Shown here: piece after piece, positions 1 through 12,475 of the stretch
Layout: every line of letters starts with the position of its first letter
Numbering within the stretch: the first letter of the stretch is position 1
Source of the DNA: Catajapyx aquilonaris
Lineage: Eukaryota
NCBI GenBank assembly: GCA_000934665.2
Contig: JYFJ02000838.1
Location: forward strand, 62,001 to 106,457
Direction: 5' to 3'
Length of the DNA stretch: 44,457 nucleotides
Translations under genes and position numbers: made by a program
Notes under the pieces: model-generated
What the model was told of the DNA's origin: nothing
The model's input: the letters and a program-made list of their open reading frames with translations, nothing else
The model's database searches: none

Positions 1-1490
1 AAATGTATTATGAATTAGTTATAAATTCTCTTCTTTGTGAAACATGAAGGCCTTCATTTTCATAATACAATTTTAGCGCTGCATATAAGATGCGATGAAA
101 TCCACGTTACTCTAATATAATACTTTATTATTACAATGTACTGATTTTTTAAAATTGGAAATGGATTTCCAAATTCCAAAGTGAGGCAGTCCAAATATTT
201 TTTTATTTCTTCTTCTTGGAAATTTAAAAAAAAAAAAACTTTTCCTTGACTAGGCAAGTGGACGCGAAGTGGAACCATGTAGGGCTGAAGAATATTGGAC
301 CAGAGCCATTCGGATTGGAGATTGGGTTTGATTCGACCAAGTTTCGTTGGGTTGTCCTCGGAAACTCCAGGCATGTTAGTTTAGTCAAGGAAGTTCGGCT
401 GGTCGCAAATCCAATTGTAGCGAGAAGGGGAAAAAAAGAAAGGTAAAAAATTGCTAAAGGTTCCATTGACTTGCTGCCTTCATGCATATTGCAAGAGATT
501 CTATTCTTGAACCATCGCCACAGTTTTCAAGTAGGCCTAATACTGTAAGTACAAGACCTAGAAACTCACCAGTAAAAGATGTTTTACAAGTCGATTTCAA
601 AGAAAAGAAATCACCCTTCACGAACATGTTCAAGGATGGTGAGAAGGTCCGGCTCGAAGGCAAGAGGCTGTCAAAGTTTCCTTAAGCAGACATTTTTTTT
701 ACATAAAAATTTGTATAAAAATGTATGTTCACTATGTTGCAACCACATGTGCAAAAAAAAAAATCTTGTGGCACCTTAGCATATGGAATATTGTTGACAC
801 CCTTGTGTGTTCCAGCAGTAAAACATGTGCATCCGTTTCATTCATCTTGTAAATTCAACAATGTCCAGGGTGTTTTAGGCAATTCTCAACTTAATTGGTA
901 TGCACTACGATCGTCGAACATTTGAGTGGCTGTTAATTCGTACCTATTAAAAGAACGTATCGCCTACACAGCTCAAGCTGCGAGACAGACCCTGAATTTT
1001 GGCTGTATTCGACATTATAAACTAAATTTTAGTAACTTTTTTCATTGAATTCCAATGAATTTGATGTAATCAGCTTTAACATAAGTCTGGCATGCTTCGA
1101 ATGTACTACCTGCGGTATCTTGCTTCAGGAGTGTATTCTCGTATGGGAGATCGGGGTAGGCTCTAACATTTTTTAGCTGGTTTTTTTAAATTCAGTTAAC
1201 TGACATTATTTTATTTAACAGATAAGTATTACAAGAATACTGATTTTTTATTCATGCAATTTTTTCGACAAATTGGTTATAAGAGGCTTTATTGCACAAA
1301 ATAGTACCTATTTCTACTCTCAACAATAATTCAGCTTGAATATAGGCCAAAACTCTAAGCTGAACCCCCCAACAACAGAGGCGATGTGCAAAGGGTGTTT
1401 CCACCAGGTCATGGTTGTATATTCTCTGCCTCTCACTCCCCCTCCCATCCATCTTTCTTATAATGGAAAGGAAGTCAGTGCATTGGCTTT

Positions 1491-1498
1491 TTCCCACG
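1491..1498 (-). promoter_or_regulatory. Su(H)/CSL consensus site CGTGGGAA
   Basis: TTCCCACG on the + strand. Motif match only. Confidence 0.25.
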
Positions 1499-4400
1499 TA
1501 ATCAAACAACATGAAGGATTACTCCCTGCACTCGCAAGTTGGCCACTTGTAGATCTCAATGTGCCTCTGAACTGCAGTGCTCATGCGTGAAGGTTTTTTA
1601 GTCAGTATAAACCATTTGACATTCTTAAATATTCGTATAGCATATAGTTAGAGTTCTTCGCGTAATTTATATTTGTAACCGGTGCATAATTGCAAAGCCG
1701 CACACAAGAATTTTACTCAGCTTACCAAATTTTTTTCTTTTCATGCGGGGATATGTAAACCGCTTAAATCAGCAAGAATGTACGGCACTCAAAATCAAAT
1801 TAGGTCCAGATCCAGTGACAGCCCATAAAACCTAGTGGCTGCCCCCGATTCTCATTTTATTTCTGCCCCACTTCCCCTCAAAGAGCTCCGTAATTGGCTA
1901 GGATCAGATAAAAAAAAAAGAGTGCAAGCCCCATAATTTGAATACTTCTCCTGTAGACTGCTTCCAAGAGTTTTACACTACGGCCTGAGAGCAAATTCCT
2001 AGGATATCTAGGATATAAAATGAAACATCCCCAAGTGAAACACTGATTATAAGATTACGCAGCAGAAAAATTCTCGCCCATGTATTTCTGAACCTCCCGG
2101 ACAATGTAAGCTGAACATGATACTTTGAGAGCCGATTCAGATTGGTGAGAAAACCCCTGGTGTATGCTGCTAGGTGTGACCTCGAGCGCATAATTACACG
2201 CAAAGGAGGATTACGTCGCTAATTAATGTAAAGTAGATGAGGTCGCTCTTTCCAAAGTTGCTTGGTGTGCAGCACACACTTCACACAAAAAAATCAACAG
2301 GTCGTTAAAGAGATTAATATAGCCACGAATAGAGCTAGAAGAAGCTCTCACGTGTTGCCCAGAAGATGTGTAAATAAGTCAATGAAACTGTTAATGAACG
2401 GAGGTAAAATCACGTGTTCAGTTCAGTACAAAAATGCCCCATAATTAATGAGAAGTTAATTTCAACAATGCATAGTCTTCAGTTGGACGCAGTTGGACAT
2501 CATATCAGATGGTGTATCACGTTTTCATTTGACTCGACTGCAATTAGACACCGAAGGAACGGTGAATGTGACACGAATCGAGTCGTTAGAGGTGCACTTA
2601 GGACCGGGTCATGAAGGGTTCTGGTAAATAGGCCTTTTTAGCCCTCCCTTTCCTTCCACGTCTCGGTGATTAAATTAGAGTCAAGAGAGGCCGGGTCGTC
2701 GCGTATCGATCCCAAATACCAGCATTATCGATCCAAGTCCAATCAACAGAATTGGCTTTTCTGCTGCAGGCTCCTAAAATGGACCACATCTTTGATGTAG
2801 ATATAGGTCAATATACTAACGATACTAACGAAAATTAAAATTTATTACGAACCCAAAATTTTATATTTGTGGTCTATTTGATCAGTTTAAGGCTTAATAT
2901 TGTGAGAGGATAACAAAGAGAATTCTTGCAAAAAAAAACCCGGAATGGCTAATTAATTTTTAATAATTACATTGTTCATTAAATTCTTAATTTGGTTTAA
3001 TTGGAAGCGGCACTAGTAGAACAATGGTAGGGGTTTATTCCCAGGCGGCATGTTCCGCTCTATTGGGAGGTGCTCGGAATAGATAATCCGAGTCGTTACT
3101 GTGGATGTTGATAGTTTTATTCGAGAGGACAGTAAACGGATCTTGGATAATTGCTCCATGCGAATACGTGCACAATGAGGGTAATCTCACGGTTAGGTTT
3201 GCATGATAATAGCGGCACATTGGGAGCTTCAAACCTCACTATTGGTATCTGTAAAAAATTATTTTTTTGTAAAATTTGCTTTGTATATTTCAGTCTATTT
3301 TTCTGAAGTATATACGCGTATAAGGGAGACCAGATTCAAATATACATCAATTTTAATGACTTCTTTTAACTTCCACTTCAAGTTCCGAGTTCAGCCGCTA
3401 CTAGGCTTAATTTATTCAAGAATTTTTTTCGTTTGGGATATATTCCGAAATAATAAAGCTTTCGTTCGCAGTGCTGTAATGAAACTTGGATGTTAATTCC
3501 GGCAGAAAATTCAAACCGTCGACTCTCAAAAAAGTAGGCCATCCCATCACACACACGATACATTAAAAATGGGAAAATGGGAATCGCAGTCTGATTGTGG
3601 CCAACTGATTCTAAAAAAAAAACCAATAACTGGACCAGAAGAGAGATGTATTGAGAAGCAGTAGCACCCGGCCGAAATGCAAGCTGGGTATCATCCATTA
3701 TGGAAAATCAGGGTGCGTCCAGCAATTCCTCTTCTTCACTTTTTTACTCCCATCCTCTTTGTAAAAGGCAACGAGTATCATCAATCACTGAAGGATTCCT
3801 GTGGGACTCCACAGTAATGGGTAGAAGTAGCCGGTACCATACTTCAGGACACTTTTCACAATTGTGGAAGGGCACCCCAAGTTGATTCCCAGGTGCTCAA
3901 GAAGGAAGGATGTTGAACCAGAAAAGTTGCGACACATGGCATCACTTCTGGTTGAGGTGACAGCCACACATTTTGGGGAAGGAGGGTTCTGGTGTTTGTG
4001 TGGGGCAGTTTTCGGACCAAGAAGATCAAATAGGGGTGCATGATGAATAGGAAAAGCTGGGCTTTACTCCTTTTTTTGGCCATGAGGATTTACGCAAGTT
4101 TGCAATTCCGGACGGCGCCTGGCGTATTGATTAGACTTTATGCTACCAGTCAGGAACACTACGCAAAAGGGACAGCCGCCAACATATATCTTTGACGCCA
4201 ACTGCAGCTCTCTGGGGAAATTGGCCCACTTTTTGGAAATAAGGCTGGATTTGGTGGGACAAGGTCATGTTGGGTATTTAGTGAGACTGGGACATTTTAC
4301 GGGAAATTTGCTGAGCACGTTTATATTGTTGAAGATTCAGGATTCGCTGGGAGTTGGCCAAGAAAATAATATAAGAGGGTAGGATGATTTGTGTTTTAAT

Positions 4401-4752
4401 TCTCAAAATCATGCCGATATTCCGTTCTATTAGTGAGTTTACGGCATCATAAGCTATTCCCAGACTAGGCACGTTCGAAGTTATTTCCTGCTATTCATGG
4501 GAACAATGTGGCAACACCTGGTGCCTGTAAGAAAAATCGAACGCGTCATCAAATGTACTTTGTTAAAGTGCTTTAGAGCAGTAAATTACAAATATTGACA
4601 GATAGTTACAAGAGTTTGGTGATGAAAATATAGCATAGGCTAGTTGTATTAATGCCACTGATTGGCTACACTATTAATTCAACCGTATTCTTTGCGAAAA
4701 TAACTTTAAGCCAATTTTATGTTTCTGAATGATGCTCTTTTTAGAGCTGCCT

Positions 4753-4766
4753 ATTCCCACGGGAAT
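4753..4766. promoter_or_regulatory. Perfect COE/EBF palindrome (ATTCCCNNGGGAAT) containing a Su(H)/CSL site
   Basis: ATTCCCACGGGAAT; TTCCCACG at 4754-4761; the palindrome extends to TATTCCC-AC-GGGAATA (4752-4767). Confidence 0.35.
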
Positions 4767-7700
4767 AAAAGTAAGACCTTGCTCTTCAGTGCTATTCAGT
4801 GTTTATGAATGTGACCCACAAGCTACTTACCATATTATGCTCTCTACAGATCCTTTTAAAATGTATACGGCAGTTTCAGCCTGGGGAGTTTTCAAATCAT
4901 GCCATTTTGAGTCAGCAGATGTGGGGAGTACATGTAAGTAGCTCCATATGAAAGATTCAAAGAAATGTACAGCATGTAGGACAACCTCACATTTTCGTGG
5001 AGTGTGCCATGGTTCGCTTTTGCTTCATATATCTTTTTTATTGCGAAAGGAAAGTGTACTAATGTAAATCATAGTAAATAATATGATTATAGTTCGAAAA
5101 AGCTGTTCAATGTAATCCAAAATTTTGAAGCATTCCTGGTTGTAGGTAATATTGTTTTGTGTGATCTCTCCGACCATGATCTCTAGTGCAATCAGCTTAC
5201 GCCCGATAATCCACCAAAACTCAGTAATAACATTACACTGCTATTGATTGATAGGCAGGTAATCAAGCCGGAAACGGCAACACTAAAGTTAAACTCTTGT
5301 TACAGGTGTGTTTAACTATGATTGCTATTTCAACGCATTTCAATTGTATCCGTTGCATCAGATTTCGTCACCCTCGTATGCTTATTTTAAGCATTCATTG
5401 TTTGGAAAGATCACTCATATTATTTAACAACATTGTTCAGCCAAAGGTAATTTTCAAGACTGCAAGGAATATCTTGTGAAAGATGCAATGGCACAATAGG
5501 TATCGACCATCGGCAGAACTCATTTTTTGCAGCTTAGACGCGTAGGCATCAAATCAGCTTACATTTTTAGGAGCTCTAAATACCTTCCAAGGTAAACGCC
5601 TGAAACCTTAATCAGCTCAGGAAAAACACTGAGTAGAAAACCATACACTAACTACACCTAGCAGGCTGTATACATGCTCCTAGGTCCTAGCAGAATGTTT
5701 TCCTTTGTGCGATCATGCAGTATTATATCAGACGTAAAGTGCGGTTCTAAAATTTGTGGTTACATAATTTGGAACATTTTGAAAGTAAATATGACGTTAA
5801 CGTTTTTTTTTTCAGTGAAAGCTGACATGTGAACCTGTTTGTGAAAATCGGATCTGAATGGCTAATTACTTGGATAAAGTCGGGTCCTTAAATTTTTCAA
5901 AGCTTCAAAGGGTCACTTGTGAAAAAAATACTATGTGTAAACAGACCATAATACAGTTTCATTACTTTTCCCTGTCACATATTCTCATGATGTCATCACT
6001 GCACGAACCCCGAATTGTCAGTTTACGTTATCTCTCTACTACATGAACAAGCACAAGACAAACTATTCCATCTCAAAACATGACAAACTTGAACTGTATT
6101 ACATTTTCCTTGACATTTTCTGCGTGTCAAATCATGGTGGCAGTAATGTAAATTGATGGTGTTACTTTACCACTATTGCTGATGACGGAGTACGCGATGC
6201 TATGCTAATATTGAATCGCCATTATAATTACCAGTATGTTGAAAATTATTTCACGACCCGAATTAATTATATTTCCATATAATAACGTCATCCTCATTAT
6301 AAATCGGTGTTTAAATGATATATTAGCTAATTTCAATTTGCTAATAATCTGTATAGTTATATTGGTTGCACGACCATGAGAACATTTCAACAATATTAAC
6401 CACACTCCAATTTTCTTCTCAACATTCCTACATCAAGTCTCAAAATTCAGTGAATAACAAAGAGCTACTACGACCCTGGCATGCTTTTCTCAAGTTGTGA
6501 CGAAATGGAGCAGCTCTTTATTACCAGACTTGATTTCGTTTCAACTTGGCTACATCCAGCCTGCTTTCGGCGCGACTAATATTTCATGCCCTGCCATATT
6601 AAAGTGAAATAAGAAAAAAAAAATGTAGGAAACGACTCTCTTTCTCTGTGGTAAACAGGGAGAGCTTCATAAATTTCAATCTTGGTTGTTCCTTGCCTCG
6701 ACGAGGCAGAAGGAACTGTCAGCGCAAACCGCCGATGTAGAAATTCGTCCAGTAAGGCAGCCAACCATCTGTACTCCCCAACTTTGTCTCTTCCAGTCGG
6801 GAAAACGTCTGCATTGGTTAGCTTGGAGGTATTTCGGGGAGGTGCACCATGTATTGCAAATGGCGGAAGAGGCTGACATGGCAAAACCGTGCCAAGGGAA
6901 TCACCCATGCGAATTCCTATACCCACCTAAAAGCGCCCTTGGTACGGATGAACGGACTCAATTTCAACGGATCTCGTAACTAGTTTGGCAGGATTACACG
7001 TTTAAATCCGCACGTAGACGGCGAACGGTGCAGGTAACACCATGATTGACCTCCCAGTTGTCGTTCAATCTGCTGGTTTGATTGAGCTAATTTGGCAGAA
7101 CAGGCTATTGTGGAATTAGTGTCTTTCAGATAAAGTCGGGAAAGGAAGCTGTTTGAGGCGATCTAGCTGATACAGGGTGTAGACTTTTGTCGCCCTTTGG
7201 CCCCGGATCTAGGGCATGTTTCGTAGTCCGGCAATATCCGGAGAGAATAGTCTCGCTTCCCAAATGGCAACCATTTTGCAGGGCTTTACTGGTCTATAAC
7301 TGACAGGGTCAGCCGCCATTTCTCATTTCCCTTGCGCCTGGCGAGCCTTCCGGGAATTGGTCGGACGTGCAGGTGCCACGGAAATGCGACAGGGAAAAGT
7401 GGAATGAACACTGAAGGAACAAGGAACAGAGTGCGTCAGAATGGCAAAAAAAAAAAAGGTGTCCCTCTTTTCATCCTGGTGCTGACACTTGAAGCCTTGC
7501 ACGTCTCTCTAGTTCCCAAGACGGCCGCCTGAACCAATAACCTCTCGGTTCCTTTTCTACTAACTGGCTGTCAGATGGCGGTCGAACACCTCACGGTAGA
7601 GAAGAAATGCCTATTTTGAAGGGTCAGGTCCTTCAGGCACTGCCAGACGCTTACTTGGCACTTTGGGCCAGAGAGAAGAAAGTGATTCGCTCACCTGCTT

Positions 7701-10700
7701 TTTTCTCCATTTACTCGGCGGAACCCTACTACCTCTCGGAGAAATCCATATAGATGAAAATTGGATTCAAAGTTGAAAGTTCAGAAAATTTTGGGAGGTA
7801 ACGTACGTGTGTACAACTTGATTTTATTTTGACCACCCATCAATGAAGTGAACATGTAATAGCAACACATAGAAATGTGTCAATGTAAATTCTGTACACT
7901 TTTGATATGAAGTTTTCATGATATGGGCTCAAAATTAAGGGGCATTATACCAACCATGTTGACATCAAAACAGTTCCGCCCTCTTTATAACGCGCGTCCA
8001 AAATCACATCAAAATGTCCACAAAATAATGTTGCGTGCTATTTACTGCAGCTAATTGCGTACTCCAGGATATGCATAATATGCATATAATAACATACATC
8101 ATTAATGCACCAGCTGAAGCATCATGATCGCACAAATCTGGTCCACGGTTTGGTTGACGGTTAAGCAATCGATAGCAGTCGCATCAAAGTTTGGAAGTGA
8201 AAAAGAATAGGTAAGTTCAGATAATGTCATGTTAAATCTACAAAAAGGAAATGATGAGCCACCTGTCAAGGATGACTTTGTCAAAAAGGATGACTGTTTG
8301 AAAGGAGGGTCGTAGGCGCCGGAAGGTATCCTCACATTCTTTGGCTCTCATCAAATTGCTGTGCTTGGAAATTCCTTGGTATAATTAAAATCGTGTATGA
8401 TAAACATGCATAGTGAAAAGTAACTTTTCTGTGGTCTTCATTAGATTCAATACAGTTTGCAGATATACAGAGAAGATAGAAAAGTTTTCCGACAGCAGAA
8501 TTCCCTTATAATTCCCTCTAGCGTATAATATACGCCGACGACGGTGGAAGCTTTGGAGGAAGCTGTCTGCCAAGAAGTAAGGCTGGAAGGTAGCCAGCCA
8601 TACCTGGTGGCTATCACTACTCTCCAGGGACGCCCTGAACTACTGCATTACCCATTATCAGCTGAGTCCTTAACCGACGCGTTACCAAGGGACGCAACGC
8701 ACCAGCAGTTACAGTATTGAAAGAGAAAAAAAAAACAGTTGATTACTCCGCATAATGGTGAATTTAGAAAATGTGACAAATTCTATACATGAAGTATCCG
8801 TTACTCCGGTTCATTTTACGCTGTTTAAATTAGCGTCGGTTTAAAAATTACATCAGACATTTTTTTGTCGAATTTTTGAACATTAACTTACAATGTTAAT
8901 TTGTAAAACGTAAAACGGGTAACTTCCTGTATTTGAATTATCAAAATACCTCGATCTAACAGCATGGTTGGTCGTAAATTTTTGAAATTCTTTTCTCCTA
9001 ATATCAATACAGCTACAGCAGCACATTGCAGCTCGTATACAAAAGCAATTAGCCATTAGTGGTACTGAAGTATCGAACGAGTCCTGTAGAGGCACCTTTG
9101 ATTATCCCGACCTGTGGTCCAGACACATACCGTACCGAGAGCCTTTCAATTTTGCCGACACAGAGAGAAAAAGTCTTGCCTTTCAAAGGGTGAACAAAAC
9201 ACCCGCACCCAAAATAAAGATGGAAAGGGGATCCCGGGGACCGGGGCGGACCAAATCGTCATAAGCCTGCAAATTTTGGTATCGTGGAAACAAAATCATT
9301 CAGATTGGCATGACATTTGTGTCACATATTATATCTATGTACCAGCATGTTCCTATGTTGGTTGTGGCTTGTGGAGCACAATCAATATGTTATCAATTTG
9401 GATGGCCATACTTTTGTACTTTGAAACATGTAAGCTCTGCCCTGAAAACTTTCATCAGAGTCAATATTAGGTGAAAATTGAGCCATAGGCATAGAATGTG
9501 AATTTAGATGCTTTAACATTTAAATTACAGTTACAACTACGTAGAAAATGGTTTGGAAATAATCAATTCAAGGATTAGAAAATGTGCAAATTATATGGCA
9601 TAAAACCTCTAATGACTCTTGTCCTCCTTAATTTTAGGTCATCAAATTAATGAAAGTTACATTTACTTATAATCTACGTATATAAAATTATAAACTAATA
9701 CTAGTTCACATTCATGAAATAATATCAACAAATTTTTTTATTACAACTGAGCCAGTTCAAATGCATGATTGCTACTGCATTTCCTATTTATTGTCATAAT
9801 AATACGATTGAGTGTTAATCAAATATAATGATCATCCATTTAGTCGTGCTCTATTGTGGAACGAATGTATGGCCGCTGCAATGCTTACGTGATGGTTGTA
9901 ATCAAGTCATATGTACCGGTACACTGTACCTATCCTCTTAAATGATAGCATGTATGTAACCAAAACGTTTGGCAAAGACTGTATTTTCCTCGGAATTTTA
10001 ATTTACAAAATTATCATCACATATTATTTTGATTAATCAGTTATATGAACATTACTGGTATGTTGGTTTCAACATTTTCGGAGAACAATTCTATTTAAGA
10101 ATCACTGGAATATGAAGCTTTCAATATCTTCCTCGGCTCTTTTGGCTGCTGCCTCCGAAAAATCATTGACATTCATTATGTCAAGATCTCCTGATAATTT
10201 GCCTCCTAAAAAAACATCTTTAGTTATAGGCCTACAGTACGAATGAAAGTAATTACTCTCGATGCCTTAGGGGGAACCTCAGCACTGAAAATTCAAGTAA
10301 TTAAATCCTAGAGGGAAAAGCCCTAGTTGCCACCGCGCTCGATAACCTACGAACCCCTCGGAACATAACAACCCAGCATTTTCAAGCCCAAACCTAAACC
10401 CGATTTCATTGCAATAGTAAACAAGTGGAAAACCAAAATTGAAGTCCTCGCGCATGATTACCTCCCCTTATTAAGAATGACGTCACTTGATTACACCATG
10501 CTGGGGGGTTATATCGGATCAATATGGAATTGAAAGACGCAATGTCACCACCACGCACCCTGTACATGACCTGTGATCACCTCACGACCCAAGTCCCCAA
10601 GCACAGAATCTAGGGAGACTCCTTCATTAATTAACCCTAAGAGAGCGGAAGTTTATTAAAATCAATTCCACCCTAAGGAGAGCGTCAGTCTTGTTCCAGG

Positions 10701-10869
10701 GCGTGCTACCGTGTCCGAGATCCCCAGTTTTCATTAAACTTCCAGCCTTTATGTTGGCTGGAGATCCTTCATTACGCCAGGGCAGGGGTATTAGCAGACT
10801 GGATCCGTCTTTTCTGCAATAACCGCCCTGTCTAAGTATACTTACACTGCAAACTTGGCTGCAGCGATT

Positions 10870-10943
10870 TTAGCCAAGGCCCTGGGATTGTGATCCGGCC
10901 TTTTATATTAGAAGCTCGTCTAATCCACTGGATTTGGAGCTAA
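10870..10943 (+). ncRNA. Candidate pre-miRNA-like hairpin with partial similarity to mir-993 (miR-10 family)
   Basis: Imperfect fold-back TTAGC...GCTAA. It contains GATCCGGCCTTTT (10892-10904) and GAAGCTCGTCT (10911-10921), in the same order as in the mir-993 arms as I recall them. The outer stem is diverged and the loop is short. Confidence 0.2.
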
Positions 10944-12467
10944 TGTACTGTACCGAACAAGGTCGACCGCCTAATTAGTACTATTATGATCTAAATACGG
11001 AAGCAGGCGGAAGCTATATAGTGTGAAATTATATGTAAAAATATTCAGTACACATTATGATTATTTAGTGCACTGAGCACTACAGTATTGTCAATTGGCA
11101 AGGCTATGATTTTGTGATAATCAACGCATTTTACATGAGGCATGCTGACATTACTTGTTTATGCTACTGTGCCACAAAGTTTAATAAACATTTCTCTTTG
11201 TCAGTTACAGTCTGCAATGAACATTCTGTTCCAGTAGTAGTCGATAATTAGGTCAGATAATGTAATTATTGGCTACGGTTTCAGTGCTGGAAAAAATGAA
11301 AAGCTCGACACTGCCCATCAGGTGCGAGTTATAGCGTAATGGAGTGTTCATTACATCACATTCCCTATGGTATTTATTACATAGCCATCCAATGCTCTAA
11401 TATAGGTGCCTACAATTCAGTTTCAAAATATTACTATACATTTTTTGATATTCTTGTTCAAATAATGTTTTTGGGCACAGCTGTAAATTCGTGAAAAATT
11501 GTATGTATTTTAGTGGTCATTGCAGATAAGCTGGGGTTAAATCATCGGGTTAAATAGATGCTCTTAATTGTGGGAGAAAACAGTTTCGTGGCGAATAATG
11601 CATGACTTATGACCATCGTGGATATTTCGCCACCGCACATTCTCCATGAATTGTAGTGGCCATACCTGGGGCTGATGTAATTATCTGGCACCCCCCACCC
11701 CTAATGCGAGTTTTCATTTAATTAGAGGGACATGAAACATCGGAGCGATATAAAGTGCGGCTATTTAGGATTTTCCCTGCTGGGCCTTTCTTGCTAAAAT
11801 AGGTGCCAGGTTGACCCTTTTTTAGTGGCAGGATGCTTTGATGCCGCCACCACTTCACTGCCACAAGAAGTTTAATAATGCATCTGTTAACATACCATTG
11901 AAACCTCTGTTCTATTGAACGCACTGCAGAGTGGATTTTGCGTGTAGTTAGTGAATTACTGGAGTAGGTAGCTCGATATAATGATTTTAACTCATTATTT
12001 TGAATCACTGTAACTTGTCCAATAATTGCACATGAACAAACCGACCATTTCAATTAATCACTGTGGGTAGTTTCACACAGCATGTGTATTTTCAATATTA
12101 ACCGTGTGTCAGAAAATAGACAAAAATTAAAATTCATACATTATCGATAATTTAATGTGGGGATGCATGTAAATATATATGCAGATTTAATCATTACTTG
12201 CAATATTCTGGCTCAATTGCAGTATACTGTACAGTACATTGATTGTTATATGCAGGGTGTTTCACTGCCCAAGTAGATGGGTCGAAATGTGGCGGCGTGT
12301 AGCGGATAGTTGATGAATAAGTTAACTCCCCCGGAGAAGTACAGAAACCTCGACAGAAACTCTGTTCATATTACATATCGTTCGATGGTTGAATAACATT
12401 TATCTTGAAAATATTTGGCCTGCTTCTACCATTTTAAGAATTATATTCGGCCTCCGCTATCTATACT

Positions 12468-12475
12468 CGTGGGAA
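12468..12475 (+). promoter_or_regulatory. Su(H)/CSL consensus site CGTGGGAA
   Basis: Exact CGTGGGAA. Motif match only. Confidence 0.25.

Noticed and set aside
500..514. Minus-strand frame encoding WFKNR, the homeodomain helix-3 motif
   Set aside because: The context is stop-KLWR-WFKNR-ISCNM. There is no V/I before W, no RRAK-type continuation, an in-frame stop just upstream and no adjacent splice acceptor. Chance match.
2531..2584. Nested stems GACTCGA/TCGAGTC and CACCG/CGGTG as a structured RNA
   Set aside because: The stems are short and separated by a large unpaired region, with no ribozyme or miRNA hallmark.
7171..10564. TACAGGGTG ... CACCCTGTA as Tc1/mariner terminal inverted repeats with a TA target site
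   Set aside because: The match stops after 9 bp and there is no transposase remnant between them.
10557..10564. ACCCTGTA, the miR-10 family 5' seed region
   Set aside because: The following bases do not match miR-10 or miR-993-5p and I see no complementary arm.
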